Assembly (NCBI GenBank): GCA_020853525.1
Contig: JADYYS010000039.1
Location: forward strand, 76,587 to 140,586
Source of the DNA: Ardenticatenales bacterium
Lineage (GTDB): Bacteria; Chloroflexota; Anaerolineae; Epilineales; Epilineaceae
Direction of reading: 5' to 3'
Length of the DNA: 64,000 nt
Shown here: one piece after another, positions 27,489 to 36,773 of the stretch
How the letters are laid out: the number at the start of each line of letters is the position of its first letter
Numbering within the stretch: the stretch's first letter is position 1
Program-made: the position numbers and the translations under genes
The notes under the pieces: generated by a model
The model's input: the letters and a program-made list of their open reading frames with translations, nothing else
Databases searched by the model: none
Told to the model about the DNA's origin: nothing

Positions 27489-28604
27489 TTATAGCATCCG
27501 GGTCCGACCGCTCTCTCTGCCGCGGTCGTGTCGATCGCCGATGCGCGCGCCGCGCTTCGTGCCGATGGACACCGCGAACCGTGCCGGCGCCCGTCGGCCG
27601 CGCAGCCGCGCCGTGAGCGGCCGCAGCGCCCACCGGACGTCGACGTACGGCCGCGCGTGCCGAAAGTCCAGCCCGATGGTCGCGCCGATCCGCTCGAGCT
27701 CGCCGGCGACGAGGAACTCGCGGCTGCCCTGCGCGGTGGATGGATAGCCGTAGCGCGCCGCGAACGCCGCGGCGCGCTCGGCCACCATCTGCACCCCGCT
27801 CGCGTGCCGCGCGTAGATCGGGCTGTCGACGACGACGACCCGGCCACCGGGCCGCACGGCACGGGCCGCCTCGGCCAGCGTCGCCGCCGGATCGACGGCG
27901 TAGTGCAGGCTGGCGCTGAAGACGACGAGATCCGCGGCGCCGTCCGCGACGGGCAGGCGGTCGGCATGGGCGACGGCGCGGACGAATCGTCGACCCAGGC
28001 CGCGCGCGACGAGATCGGCCGCGTACGGTTCGCCCGCCCCCAGCCCGTCGCCCGCATCATCGCTCACGTCGACGGCCAGCACGGCAGCGCCGCCAACCGC
28101 AAGCCGCCACGCCAGCCAGCCCGTGCCGGCACCGACGTCGATGACCCGCCCGGGCATGCCGCCGGCCAGCACCGCGCGGCAGAACGTGCGGTAGCTTGCG
28201 GCGCGGATCCGCCACTGCCAGGCCAGCGGCGTCGTCGACAGCGCGTCGGGCAGCGCGAACCGCTCCGCGGCCGTCATCGCTGCACGGCCCTCGGCGCGCC
28301 GCACGCCGGTGTACTCGGCCAGGAAGTCCGCGAGCAGGGCCGCATCCGTGTCGCAGAGGAAGCGCCAGATGCCGTCCCGACACGGCCACCGCGCGCCGCA
28401 TGCGGCGCAGCGGACCGCGGCGACGGCACCGGAGGCGGAATGGGCGTCGGCAAGGGCATCGGCATCCGCGTCATCCGGGTCCGATTCCACGGAGGCCGTG
28501 GACTCCGGCAATTTGCCGAGCGGGTGCCCGCAGGCCGGACAGCGCATCGCCCAGCCGACCGCATCCATGCCGGCCGCCGGTCCGTGCGCGTCCGCCGACG
28601 TCAT
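27489..28604 (-). CDS. class I SAM-dependent methyltransferase with N-terminal zinc-ribbon (CPACG...CAACG)
   Basis: C-terminal 371 aa of ORF 27489..29702. The ATG at 28604 overlaps the upstream gene stop as ATGA. SAM motif I is VIDVGAGTGWLA. Confidence 0.75.
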   Translation of the reverse strand: MTSADAHGPAAGMDAVGWAMRCPACGHPLGKLPESTASVESDPDDADADALADAHSASGAVAAVRCAACGARWPCRDGIWRFLCDTDAALLADFLAEYTGVRRAEGRAAMTAAERFALPDALSTTPLAWQWRIRAASYRTFCRAVLAGGMPGRVIDVGAGTGWLAWRLAVGGAAVLAVDVSDDAGDGLGAGEPYAADLVARGLGRRFVRAVAHADRLPVADGAADLVVFSASLHYAVDPAATLAEAARAVRPGGRVVVVDSPIYARHASGVQMVAERAAAFAARYGYPSTAQGSREFLVAGELERIGATIGLDFRHARPYVDVRWALRPLTARLRGRRAPARFAVSIGTKRGARIGDRHDRGRESGRTRML

Positions 28605-29584
28605 CGCGCGCGCCGCAGCACGACGGCGACGTGGTCGGCCCACAGCGCCGCCGTCGGCAGCCGGCTGGCTGCGGCTTCGGCGGTCGCCCAGGCGCGCCAG
28701 AGCCACGGTCGATCGAATGTCCCGCCCCGCGGCACGGCCCAGCTGGGCGGGACGACCACGCCGATCGGCACGACGCGGACGAGCTTCCACGCCGGGCCGA
28801 GACCGCCGGCCACGGCGCGTGGCGAGCGATACCAGACCGGCCAGCGCCCGGTGCCGAGATCGGCCGAAGCAAGGCCGCGCCAGCGCCGCGTCGCCCGCCG
28901 GACGTCCCCGCGCGCCAGGCCGAGGATGGTCTCCCAGGCGCAGCCGGGGGGCATCACGACGGCGACGAAGCACCCGCCCGGTCGTACGAGGGCCGCCAGC
29001 GCCGCTCCGAGCGGGGCGAGGTCGCCGATACAGTTCAGCACGCCGAAGTCGGCCAGGGCGCCGGCGTAGGGCGAACGATCGGCCGGGCGACGGTTCGCCG
29101 GCGGATCGGGCCGCGAGACGCCCACCGGCCACGTCGACGGATCTCCGACGTCGGCGACGTGGACGGCGACGCTGCCGACGCCGTTGTCGGTCATGGCCGC
29201 TGCGACGGCAGCGGCGTCGCGCGCCACGGCCACCATCTGCGGCGCAACGTCGAGCGCCACGACGTCGATTCCGCGGGCGGCCAGGTGGAGGGCGTCGACG
29301 CCGGTGCCGCAGCCGAGGTCGAGGACGCGGTCGGCGCCGGCGAAGACCTCGTCGGCGACGCGCCATACGGCTTGCCGGACGATCCGGCCGGACGGGTGGT
29401 CCGAGAACACCTCGTCGTAGCGGGACGCGAGAACGTCGAAGGCGGCCGCCAAGGGCGATCCCGACGGCAATGGGGCCGTCGGCCGCTCGTCCGTCACCAC
29501 CGCCGCGCTCACGGCCGGCGCGCCCCGTCGACCGGCCGGTCGTTCCAGCGCATACCCCAGCGGCTCCACTCGGCCCTGAGCCAT
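28601..29584 (-). CDS. class I SAM-dependent methyltransferase (paralog of preceding gene)
   Basis: ORF 28601..29584. Motif I is VLDLGCGTGVDALHLA. The more probable start is GTG at 29512, forming a GTGA overlap with the stop of the upstream radical SAM gene. Confidence 0.75.
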   Translation of the reverse strand: MAQGRVEPLGYALERPAGRRGAPAVSAAVVTDERPTAPLPSGSPLAAAFDVLASRYDEVFSDHPSGRIVRQAVWRVADEVFAGADRVLDLGCGTGVDALHLAARGIDVVALDVAPQMVAVARDAAAVAAAMTDNGVGSVAVHVADVGDPSTWPVGVSRPDPPANRRPADRSPYAGALADFGVLNCIGDLAPLGAALAALVRPGGCFVAVVMPPGCAWETILGLARGDVRRATRRWRGLASADLGTGRWPVWYRSPRAVAGGLGPAWKLVRVVPIGVVVPPSWAVPRGGTFDRPWLWRAWATAEAAASRLPTAALWADHVAVVLRRAR

Positions 29585-31089
29585 GCGCGGGCGATCGGGA
29601 GGAGGGCGTGCGGGCGGTCGCGGCGCAGACGCGCGAGCGCGACGGCATGGCGCAGGCGGCGGGTGGCGTGGCGGTAGTAGCGCGGGCCGGGGCGGCCGGC
29701 AACGTGGTGGTCGCGGTCCGTGGCGGCCGCCCAGTCGGCGGGCGGCGTCACGCGGTCGGCGACGGCGTCGAAGTACGGCGTGCCCTTGATCGGGTAGGCG
29801 ACGGTCGTGAGGAAGATGTCGGGGTCCGTCCGGCGCACGAAGTCGACGGTGGCCTCGATGTCGGCCGTCGTCTCGCCGTCATAGCCCCACATCAGGAACA
29901 TCCCGACCGCGATGCCTGCCGCCTTGAGCCAGGCGGTGGCCTGCGCCACCTCGGCCACGGAAACGCCGCGCTCCATCGCGTCCAGCACGCGCTGTGAGCC
30001 GCTCTCGCTGCCGATCCAGATTCGAAAGGCGCCCATCTCCCGCAGGACCTCGACGGCGGCGGGCGACAGTCGGTCGGCGCGGGTGATGCACTCGAACGGG
30101 CGCTTCAAGCCGCGCCGGCCGAGCTCGGCGCCGTACTCGGACAGCCAGCGCGGGTGGATCGTGAAGACGTCGTCGGCATACCAGAGCATGTCCGGGTTCC
30201 AGCGCTCGATCAGGTGGGCCACCTCGTCGGCCACATCCGCGGGCGAGCGGCGGGCGTGGTGGTGGCCGAAGACGCTGTGGCTGCACCAGCGGCACTTGTA
30301 CGGGCACCCGCGGGCGCAGATCAGGTTCAGCGAGCCGGCACCGTGGTGCGTCCGCCAGCACGTGAGGTAGGCATCGATGTCGATCGCCTCGCGGTCCGGC
30401 CACGGCACGCCGTCGAGGGCGGTGAGCAATGGGCGCGGCGGAGTGCGCACGACCGCGCCGGCCTCGTCGCGGAAGGCGATGCCGGCGATGTCGTGCAGGC
30501 GGTGCGGACCGTGGCGGGCGAGTGCGGGCAGCAGCTCGGCCATCGTCACCTCGCCCTCGCCGATGACGATCACGTCGGCGCCGTTGGCCAGGTAGGCCTC
30601 CGGCCAGTTCGCGCTCTCCGGCCCGCCCAGCACGACGGTGAAGCCATGCGCCTTGGCATGGCGCGTCAGGTCGAGCACGCTCGCACGGGTCGTAAGGTTG
30701 GTGTACAGCCCGAGCACGGGCGCTTCGCGGGCCGCCAGACGGGCATGGGCCGTCGCGCGCGTGGCGAACGTCGTGTCCTGCACGCCGACGGTGAATCCGG
30801 CGCGCTTGAGGTACGCGCTGACATAGAGCAGGCCGAGCGGCGCGTACGGCTTCATCACGTGCTGCTCGTGCGCGTCCTCGCCCAGGAAGTAGCTGTGCGA
30901 CAGGAGGACGTCCAACCGGCGGGCCTCCGGAATTGCGGCGGCCGGCCATGGCACGAGCGATGTTCGGAGCGTGTCGGCCGGGGCGAGTGTGGGAATGGTA
31001 GCGCAACGCGGGGTCCGGGTCCGCTCGGTCGCGGACGGATCGGACCACGGGTTCAGCCGTCGTGCGATCGACTGACCACGGGGCGGCAC
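29509..31089 (-). CDS. B12-binding domain-containing radical SAM protein (class B rSAM)
   Basis: ORF 29509..31089 with a GTG start. An N-terminal cobalamin-binding Rossmann-like region precedes CPYKCRWC (CxxxCxxC) and IWIGSESGSQRVLDAM. Confidence 0.8.
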   Translation of the reverse strand: MPPRGQSIARRLNPWSDPSATERTRTPRCATIPTLAPADTLRTSLVPWPAAAIPEARRLDVLLSHSYFLGEDAHEQHVMKPYAPLGLLYVSAYLKRAGFTVGVQDTTFATRATAHARLAAREAPVLGLYTNLTTRASVLDLTRHAKAHGFTVVLGGPESANWPEAYLANGADVIVIGEGEVTMAELLPALARHGPHRLHDIAGIAFRDEAGAVVRTPPRPLLTALDGVPWPDREAIDIDAYLTCWRTHHGAGSLNLICARGCPYKCRWCSHSVFGHHHARRSPADVADEVAHLIERWNPDMLWYADDVFTIHPRWLSEYGAELGRRGLKRPFECITRADRLSPAAVEVLREMGAFRIWIGSESGSQRVLDAMERGVSVAEVAQATAWLKAAGIAVGMFLMWGYDGETTADIEATVDFVRRTDPDIFLTTVAYPIKGTPYFDAVADRVTPPADWAAATDRDHHVAGRPGPRYYRHATRRLRHAVALARLRRDRPHALLPIARAWLRAEWSRWGMRWNDRPVDGARRP

Positions 31090-31105
31090 GACGTCTCGGC
31101 CTCCG

Positions 31106-32692
31106 TCACCCCGCCGACGCCGTCAGATCCGGCGGCGCGGAGGGCGGCCGCACCGTCGGCCGTGTCGGCGCCGCGTTGCGGGCGACCGCGGCCTCGGCGG
31201 CGAGAACGTCCCACGCGGCCATCGCCGCGTCCAGCTCGGCGTGCGCGACGGCACGGGCGGACGGCGCGGCCGCATCGCCGGCCGCGTCGGCGCGGGCGAC
31301 GGAGTGGCGCGCGTCGAGTTCGCGGTGCAGCTGGGCGTGCAGTGTGCGATAGAACCGGGTCGTGAACGTGCCTTGGAAGAGCATCGCCAGGTCCATGCTG
31401 TCCTGCCAGTGGCCATCGCCGGCCAGCTCGTCCGCCACGCGGTGGTGGAAGGGCGTGCCGGGCAGCGGGTAGCTGACCGAGACGCCGATCGCGTCGGGCA
31501 CGACGGCGCGCACGAGGGCGGCGGTGGCCTCGACGTCGGCCCACTCCTCGCCGGGATAGCCGAGCTGAAGGAAGAAGGCGACGCGGATGCCGCGGGCGCG
31601 CAGGCGCGCGGCGGCGGCCGGAACGTCGGCGGCGCGGATGCCCTTGTCCATCGCGTCCAGCACGGGCTGGGAGCCGCTTTCGACGCCGAGCCAGACCTCG
31701 ACGCAGCCGGCGCGCGCCAGGCCGTCGGCGGCGGCATCGCTGATCAGGTCGACGCGGCTTTGGATCGTGAACGGCAGGTCGGCGCCGCGCGCGGCGACGG
31801 CCTCGCCGAAGGCCGCCGTCCATTCGGGGCGCAGGCCGAAGATGTCGTCGGCGAACCAGACGTGGTCCGGCGCGTGCTCGCGCTTGAGCGCCGCCAGCTC
31901 GTCGGCGACGGCGTCCGGCGTGCGCATCGCGTAGCGCTGGCCCCAGATCGGTTTGGCGCACCAGTTGCAGTGGAACGGGCAGCCGCGCGTGCTGGCGGCG
32001 TTGAGAGACCAGTGGCCGTGCGCCGCTCGCCAGACGGCGCGGTAGGCGTCGAGGTCGACGAGATCGCGGGCCGGCGGCGGAAAGCGGTCGGGGATGCGTT
32101 CCGTCGGGCGGGGCGGGGTGCGGGCGATGCCGCCGCCGACGCCGGCGAGCACGAGGCCGGGCACGGCGGACAGGTCCGGGCGAACGGCGTCGTGCCGCGT
32201 GGACCGGCGATCGACTTCGGGCGCCGTCGGATCGGTGTGGCCGAGGAGCACGCGCACCGCTTCGACGATCGTCCAGTCGGCCTCACCGTAGGCCACCGCC
32301 GCCGCGCCGGCGTCGAGAAAGCGCTGCGGTGCGTCGCTGGCGTCGGAGCCGGCGACGAGCGTCGGCAGGCCGCGGTCCGCCGCCAGGGCGACCATCCGGA
32401 GCGCGGCATCGCGCATGACGGCCAGGCACATCTTGGAATAGAAGTTGAAGCTGTCCTCGAACAGGACGACGAGCCGCGGGCGATGGGCGTCCAGCGCGTC
32501 CTCGAACACTTCCGGGCCCGGGGCGATCATCGCATCGAACAGCGCGACGCTCCACCCCGCGTCCCGGACGGCTGCCGCGGCGTACAGCGTGCCGAGGGGC
32601 GGGTACGGACGCCGGAGCGCGGCCTGCTTGGGGTCGAGCGCCATGAACAGCGCGTGCCCGAACAGGACATCGACGCCGCCGGCGGTGTTCAT
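31106..32692 (-). CDS. B12-binding domain-containing radical SAM protein (paralog)
   Basis: ORF 31106..32692. Contains CPFHCNWC and VWLGVESGSQPVLDAM. It is the same architecture as the adjacent gene, with a 16-nt gap between them. Confidence 0.8.
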   Translation of the reverse strand: MNTAGGVDVLFGHALFMALDPKQAALRRPYPPLGTLYAAAAVRDAGWSVALFDAMIAPGPEVFEDALDAHRPRLVVLFEDSFNFYSKMCLAVMRDAALRMVALAADRGLPTLVAGSDASDAPQRFLDAGAAAVAYGEADWTIVEAVRVLLGHTDPTAPEVDRRSTRHDAVRPDLSAVPGLVLAGVGGGIARTPPRPTERIPDRFPPPARDLVDLDAYRAVWRAAHGHWSLNAASTRGCPFHCNWCAKPIWGQRYAMRTPDAVADELAALKREHAPDHVWFADDIFGLRPEWTAAFGEAVAARGADLPFTIQSRVDLISDAAADGLARAGCVEVWLGVESGSQPVLDAMDKGIRAADVPAAAARLRARGIRVAFFLQLGYPGEEWADVEATAALVRAVVPDAIGVSVSYPLPGTPFHHRVADELAGDGHWQDSMDLAMLFQGTFTTRFYRTLHAQLHRELDARHSVARADAAGDAAAPSARAVAHAELDAAMAAWDVLAAEAAVARNAAPTRPTVRPPSAPPDLTASAG

Positions 32693-32716
32693 CGCGTCGG
32701 CCGGCGCCCCGCGGGC

Positions 32717-34045
32717 CTACGGTGCGGCACGGACATCGGCATTGCGAAGCGAGACGGGCAGGAAGACCCGCCCGCCCTCGGTGGACGGCGTCGTCGGCGA
32801 CGGGACGGGGGTGGCGGAGGACGGCGTCGGCACGGCGGTCGTGGCCGTCGGGCCGGGCGGGGTGACGGTCGGCGCCGTGTCGGGCGAGAGGTCGACCGCG
32901 AAGCCGTCGGACAGGTACCGCACGCCGTTGCCCTCGAGGCGCAGGCCGCCGTACACGAGGACGCGATCGCCCGCCGCATCCCACACCGCGCTCTGACCGC
33001 TGCGCGCGCTCGGCGCCGTGCCGGCCGGCGTGATCGCCCGCCAGCGCGGGGCGGTCGGGTCGCGATAGTCGAGCGCCCAGACGTCGGACATCTCGCCGAG
33101 GACGGGCGAGTAGCCGCCGTACAGGATCGCCCAGCCGGTGGATCCGGCGAACGTCAGCGTTGCGCCGCTCCGGGCGCTCGGGCCGGCGCCGGCCTGCGCC
33201 GCGATGTCCGACCACGCACCGGGCGCATCGATCGCCGCGAGGTCGGCGCGCCAGAGATGGGTGGTGGGCGTGGCGTCCGGCCCCTGTCCGCCGAACGCGA
33301 CGAGGTGGCCGGAGCGGGGGTCGCGGTCGGCGGCCTGGAAGAGGAGCTGGAACGGCACGGCCGGCACGGACCGCCACTGGGCCGCGTTCAGGTCGTTCAC
33401 GTCCAGCGCCCACGTCGCGGTCATGATATCGCCCGAGCCGCTGAACTCGCCGCCGGCGGCGATGACGCGCCGGCGCGGCGCGTCGAAGGCCAGGAGCCCG
33501 TTCGCCAGCGGGAGGGACTGCACGTCGGCGATGCGCCGCCACGTGACCGCACCGCCGGTCGCCGGCCAAACGGCGCCGTACGTGGTGGCGCCCGTGCAGT
33601 GGCAGATCAGCAGCGCCGACGTCTCCGCGGCCCCGTCATCGGAGATGCGCACGGCGCGCGCGCCGACGAGACCCCGGCCGGACAGTCCGGACACGGGCCG
33701 GTCGCCGCTCTCGGCCAACGTCGTCCAGGCCTGCGCCGGCGCGAGCGCAAGCGACCGCAGCGCGTCCGGCGGCTGGAAATCGCCCTGCTCGCCGCCGATG
33801 AGCGTCATCGAACGGCCGTCGATCACCGCGCCGTGGCCGCCGAGGGCGCGATCGCCCGGGAGCGCCTGCCATGACACGCCGGCGAGGTCGTCGGTCTGCG
33901 CCTGAGCCGTGCCGACCGGGCGAGCGGCTACGAGGGCGACGATGACGGCGACGGCCAGCGCGAGCGCCTTGGCGAGGGGCGCGGCCGTCGAACGGGACGG
34001 GCGGCGGACGCGGGGCGACTGCGCAATGGGATGCGGATCGATCAC
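32717..34045 (-). CDS. secreted Kelch-repeat beta-propeller protein with Pro/Thr linker and C-terminal RVFLPVSLRN tag
   Basis: C-terminal 442 aa of ORF 32717..34801. The GTG at 34045 is preceded by GGAGG with a 6-nt spacer and starts the signal peptide ...LAKALALAVAVIVALVAARPVGTAQAQT. Repeated propeller blades are present (…LIGGE…, …IAAGGE…, …VAFGGQ…, …ILYGGY…, …LVYGGL…). The stop lies 25 nt before the start of the downstream rSAM gene. Confidence 0.55.
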   Translation of the reverse strand: MIDPHPIAQSPRVRRPSRSTAAPLAKALALAVAVIVALVAARPVGTAQAQTDDLAGVSWQALPGDRALGGHGAVIDGRSMTLIGGEQGDFQPPDALRSLALAPAQAWTTLAESGDRPVSGLSGRGLVGARAVRISDDGAAETSALLICHCTGATTYGAVWPATGGAVTWRRIADVQSLPLANGLLAFDAPRRRVIAAGGEFSGSGDIMTATWALDVNDLNAAQWRSVPAVPFQLLFQAADRDPRSGHLVAFGGQGPDATPTTHLWRADLAAIDAPGAWSDIAAQAGAGPSARSGATLTFAGSTGWAILYGGYSPVLGEMSDVWALDYRDPTAPRWRAITPAGTAPSARSGQSAVWDAAGDRVLVYGGLRLEGNGVRYLSDGFAVDLSPDTAPTVTPPGPTATTAVPTPSSATPVPSPTTPSTEGGRVFLPVSLRNADVRAAP

Positions 34046-34294
34046 GAACGGCCTCCGGACATCGTGGCGCGGCGGGTGTGCCGGGCGCGGCGCATCCGGG
34101 CTGTCCCGGGCGCGGCGGTGGGGTTGCGGGGAGCCGCCACGCACCCGCAGGCGCATGTCGGGCCGGGGGCGGCGGGCGCGTCGATTGTAGGCGACGGGCC
34201 AGCCGGGTCGCAAGGGCGAACGCGGGCGGGAGGTGCGGCGGACCGCGCGGCGCGACATGGCGCTCGGGTGGGTCGGCGATGCGGGCGACCCATT

Positions 34295-34321
34295 GACGCC
34301 CGGCCCCAACGCCATACAATG
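34295..34321 (+). promoter_or_regulatory. candidate sigma70-type promoter (TTGACG-N15-TACAAT) upstream of CAP-domain gene
   Basis: Seen in the 445-nt divergent intergenic region. The hexamers are near-consensus. Confidence 0.45.
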
Positions 34322-34490
34322 GGCCGCGTTGTCGCCCCGGAAACGCGGCGGCCGGCCGCTCGGTAGGCAATCGGCGGTCGGCCAGACGGCTCCGCGATGG
34401 AGTTCGTCGGGAACGGGTGCGCGGTCCGCTTGGACGCGCCGCACCCTGGCCGCGTGGATGGGCAGCGATGCTTGCAGAGGAGCTGTGTTC

Positions 34491-35306
34491 ATGCGAAGCC
34501 GCATCCGGGCATGCGCTGCTTGCGTGCCGATGTTGAAGGTGTCCGCCGTCGCCGCCGTGTTCGCGTTCGCCGTCGCCGCCCCCCCCACCGCTCGCGCCGA
34601 CGAAGCGCCCGTCGAAGCGCCCGTCGAGTCGCCCGCTCCGGCAGCCGTCGACCCCGCCGCCGTCGAAGCCCCGTCCGCCGAGTCGCGGGCCGCCGCGGAC
34701 GCCCTATCCCCCGCCGCCGAATCCGCCCCCGCGCCCGAGCTCGCGCAGCCGGCGCCACCGGCCGAATGGACCGCGCCCGACCTCGGCGCCGTCCTGGCCA
34801 ACCCGGACTACGACGACCGCACGCGGCTCGAACTCGAGATCCTCCAGCGGGTGAACGGCGTGCGCGCCGAGCGCGGCCTCGGCCCGCTGCAGCTCGACGA
34901 CCGCCTCGTGGCGGCCGCTCGCCAGCACGCCGTCGACATGGCCTACCGCAACTTCTGCCGCCACCGCGGCTCGGACGGCTCGCTGGCCCGTGACCGGCTG
35001 CGCCGCAACGGGTATCCGTACAACAACTGGGCGGGCGAGAACATCCTGTGCGCGCGGCGCACGGCCGACGCCGCGCTGAAGTGGTGGATGAACTCGGCCC
35101 CGCACCGCGCCAACATCCTGCACGGGCACTTCACGCACATCGGCGTCGGGGTGAGCATGCTCGGCACGTACGGGCCGGACATGGTGCTCACGTTCGCGGC
35201 CGGCGACGGGCACACCGCCCTGCCCGGGGTGTTCGCGGCGCTGCGCGACGGCAACGTCGCCGGCTGGATCGCCTCGACGCGCGAGCCGGAGCAGCGGCCA
35301 CGTTAA
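34491..35306 (+). CDS. secreted CAP (SCP/PR-1-like) domain protein with Ala/Pro-rich N-terminal region
   Basis: Frame of ORF 34233..35306. The ATG at 34491 follows GAGGAG and starts the signal peptide MRSRIRACAACVPMLKVSAVAAVFAFAVAAPPTARA. CAP motifs are RVNGVRAERGLGPL...GENI...HRANILHGHFTHIGVGV. Confidence 0.75.
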   Translation: MRSRIRACAACVPMLKVSAVAAVFAFAVAAPPTARADEAPVEAPVESPAPAAVDPAAVEAPSAESRAAADALSPAAESAPAPELAQPAPPAEWTAPDLGAVLANPDYDDRTRLELEILQRVNGVRAERGLGPLQLDDRLVAAARQHAVDMAYRNFCRHRGSDGSLARDRLRRNGYPYNNWAGENILCARRTADAALKWWMNSAPHRANILHGHFTHIGVGVSMLGTYGPDMVLTFAAGDGHTALPGVFAALRDGNVAGWIASTREPEQRPR

Positions 35307-35311
35307 GGGCA

Positions 35312-36763
35312 GTGCTCGCCCGAGCCCATCGCACCGCCGCCATCGCCGTAGCGATGCCGGCCGTCGCCTTGGCCGTCGCCGTCGTCGGCGGCTCGGTCAT
35401 CGGCTGCGCGGCCGTCCGTCAACGCGCCATGCCCGCCGCTCCGACGCCGCGCGCACCCGGAACGGTCGGCTCCCCCGGCGAACGGCGCGACGTCGGGGGC
35501 ACAGACGACGTACGGACGACCGACGAGGTGCGGACGGCGGACGTGGCGGCGACGTCGGCCATGACGGCGTTGCTCCAGCCGACGGACGCAGCGACGGCCA
35601 TGGCCGTGGCGGCGGCAACCCGCACCCAATGGACGCCGTTCGATCCCGACGAGACCCATGTTTCGCTCGAAACGATCGCCACGGGCCTTGACGAGCCGGT
35701 GCACGCCACAGGCGACGGCGTCGATGGGCAGCGGTTGTACGTCGTCGAGAAGGCAGGGACGATCGAGATCGTCGACCTCGCGAGCGGCACCTTGGCGGAC
35801 CCGCCGTTCGTCGACCTGTCGGACCGAGTGAACAGCCGCGCGTCCGAGCAAGGTCTGCTGTCGGTGGCGTTCCATCCGGACTATGCCGCCAACGGACGTC
35901 TGTTCGTGAACTACACGCGCCGCGACGGCGCGACGGTGGTCAGCGAGCTGACCGCAGATGCCGACCGGCGGCGGGCCGATCCGGCCGGCGAGCGCGAGAT
36001 CCTCGTCGTCGACCAGCCGGCCGCGAATCACAACGGCGGCCAGAACGCGTTCGGGCCGGACGGCTACCTGTACGTCGGGATGGGCGATGGAGGCGGGAGC
36101 GGCGCCGGGAAGAATGCCCATGACCCGGCGTCGCTGCTGGGCAAGGTGCTGCGGCTCGACGTCGACGGCCCGCCGGGGGGCTACCGGGTGCCGGCCGACA
36201 ACCCGTTCGTCGCCGGCGACCACCTGCCCGAGGTCTGGGCGGTCGGCCTGCGGAACCCGTGGCGGCTCAGCTTCGACCGCGCCACGGGCGATCTGTTCAT
36301 CGCCGACGTCGGCGACAGCACGTACGAAGAGGTGAACTGGCAGCCGGCGGCGAGCCGCGGCGGCGAGGACTACGGCTGGCCGGACGTCGAGGGCGACCAC
36401 TGCCACAACGCCGCCGACGGCGCCGACGGCGCCGACGGCAGCCTGGCCGCCTGCGACCCCGACGGCCGCACGACTCGGCCGGTGGCCGAGTACCGCCACG
36501 ACGACGGCAACTGCTCGATCTCCGGCGGTCACGTCTACCGCGGCCGGCGCTACCCGGCGCTGGACGGCGTCTACATCTATGCCGACTACTGCAGCGGTCG
36601 CATCTGGGGCGCCTGGCGCGACGATCGTGGCCGGTGGCACGATGCGATGCTGACGGACAGCGACGCCGCGATCAGCGCGTTCGGGCTGGACGACGCGGGC
36701 GAGGTGTACGCATTGGATATGGCGGGGGGGGCCGTGCTGCGGGTGGTGGCGGACGGGCGGTAG
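35312..36763 (+). CDS. PQQ-dependent sugar dehydrogenase (soluble glucose/sorbosone dehydrogenase family), probable lipoprotein
   Basis: Frame of ORF 35048..36763 with GTG at 35312. A lipobox-like VIGC lies in the N-terminal hydrophobic segment. The family fold is VAFHPDYAANGRLFVNY...HNGG...DGYLYVGMGDGG. Confidence 0.65.
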   Translation: MLARAHRTAAIAVAMPAVALAVAVVGGSVIGCAAVRQRAMPAAPTPRAPGTVGSPGERRDVGGTDDVRTTDEVRTADVAATSAMTALLQPTDAATAMAVAAATRTQWTPFDPDETHVSLETIATGLDEPVHATGDGVDGQRLYVVEKAGTIEIVDLASGTLADPPFVDLSDRVNSRASEQGLLSVAFHPDYAANGRLFVNYTRRDGATVVSELTADADRRRADPAGEREILVVDQPAANHNGGQNAFGPDGYLYVGMGDGGGSGAGKNAHDPASLLGKVLRLDVDGPPGGYRVPADNPFVAGDHLPEVWAVGLRNPWRLSFDRATGDLFIADVGDSTYEEVNWQPAASRGGEDYGWPDVEGDHCHNAADGADGADGSLAACDPDGRTTRPVAEYRHDDGNCSISGGHVYRGRRYPALDGVYIYADYCSGRIWGAWRDDRGRWHDAMLTDSDAAISAFGLDDAGEVYALDMAGGAVLRVVADGR

Positions 36764-36773
36764 GGTCGGCGGT

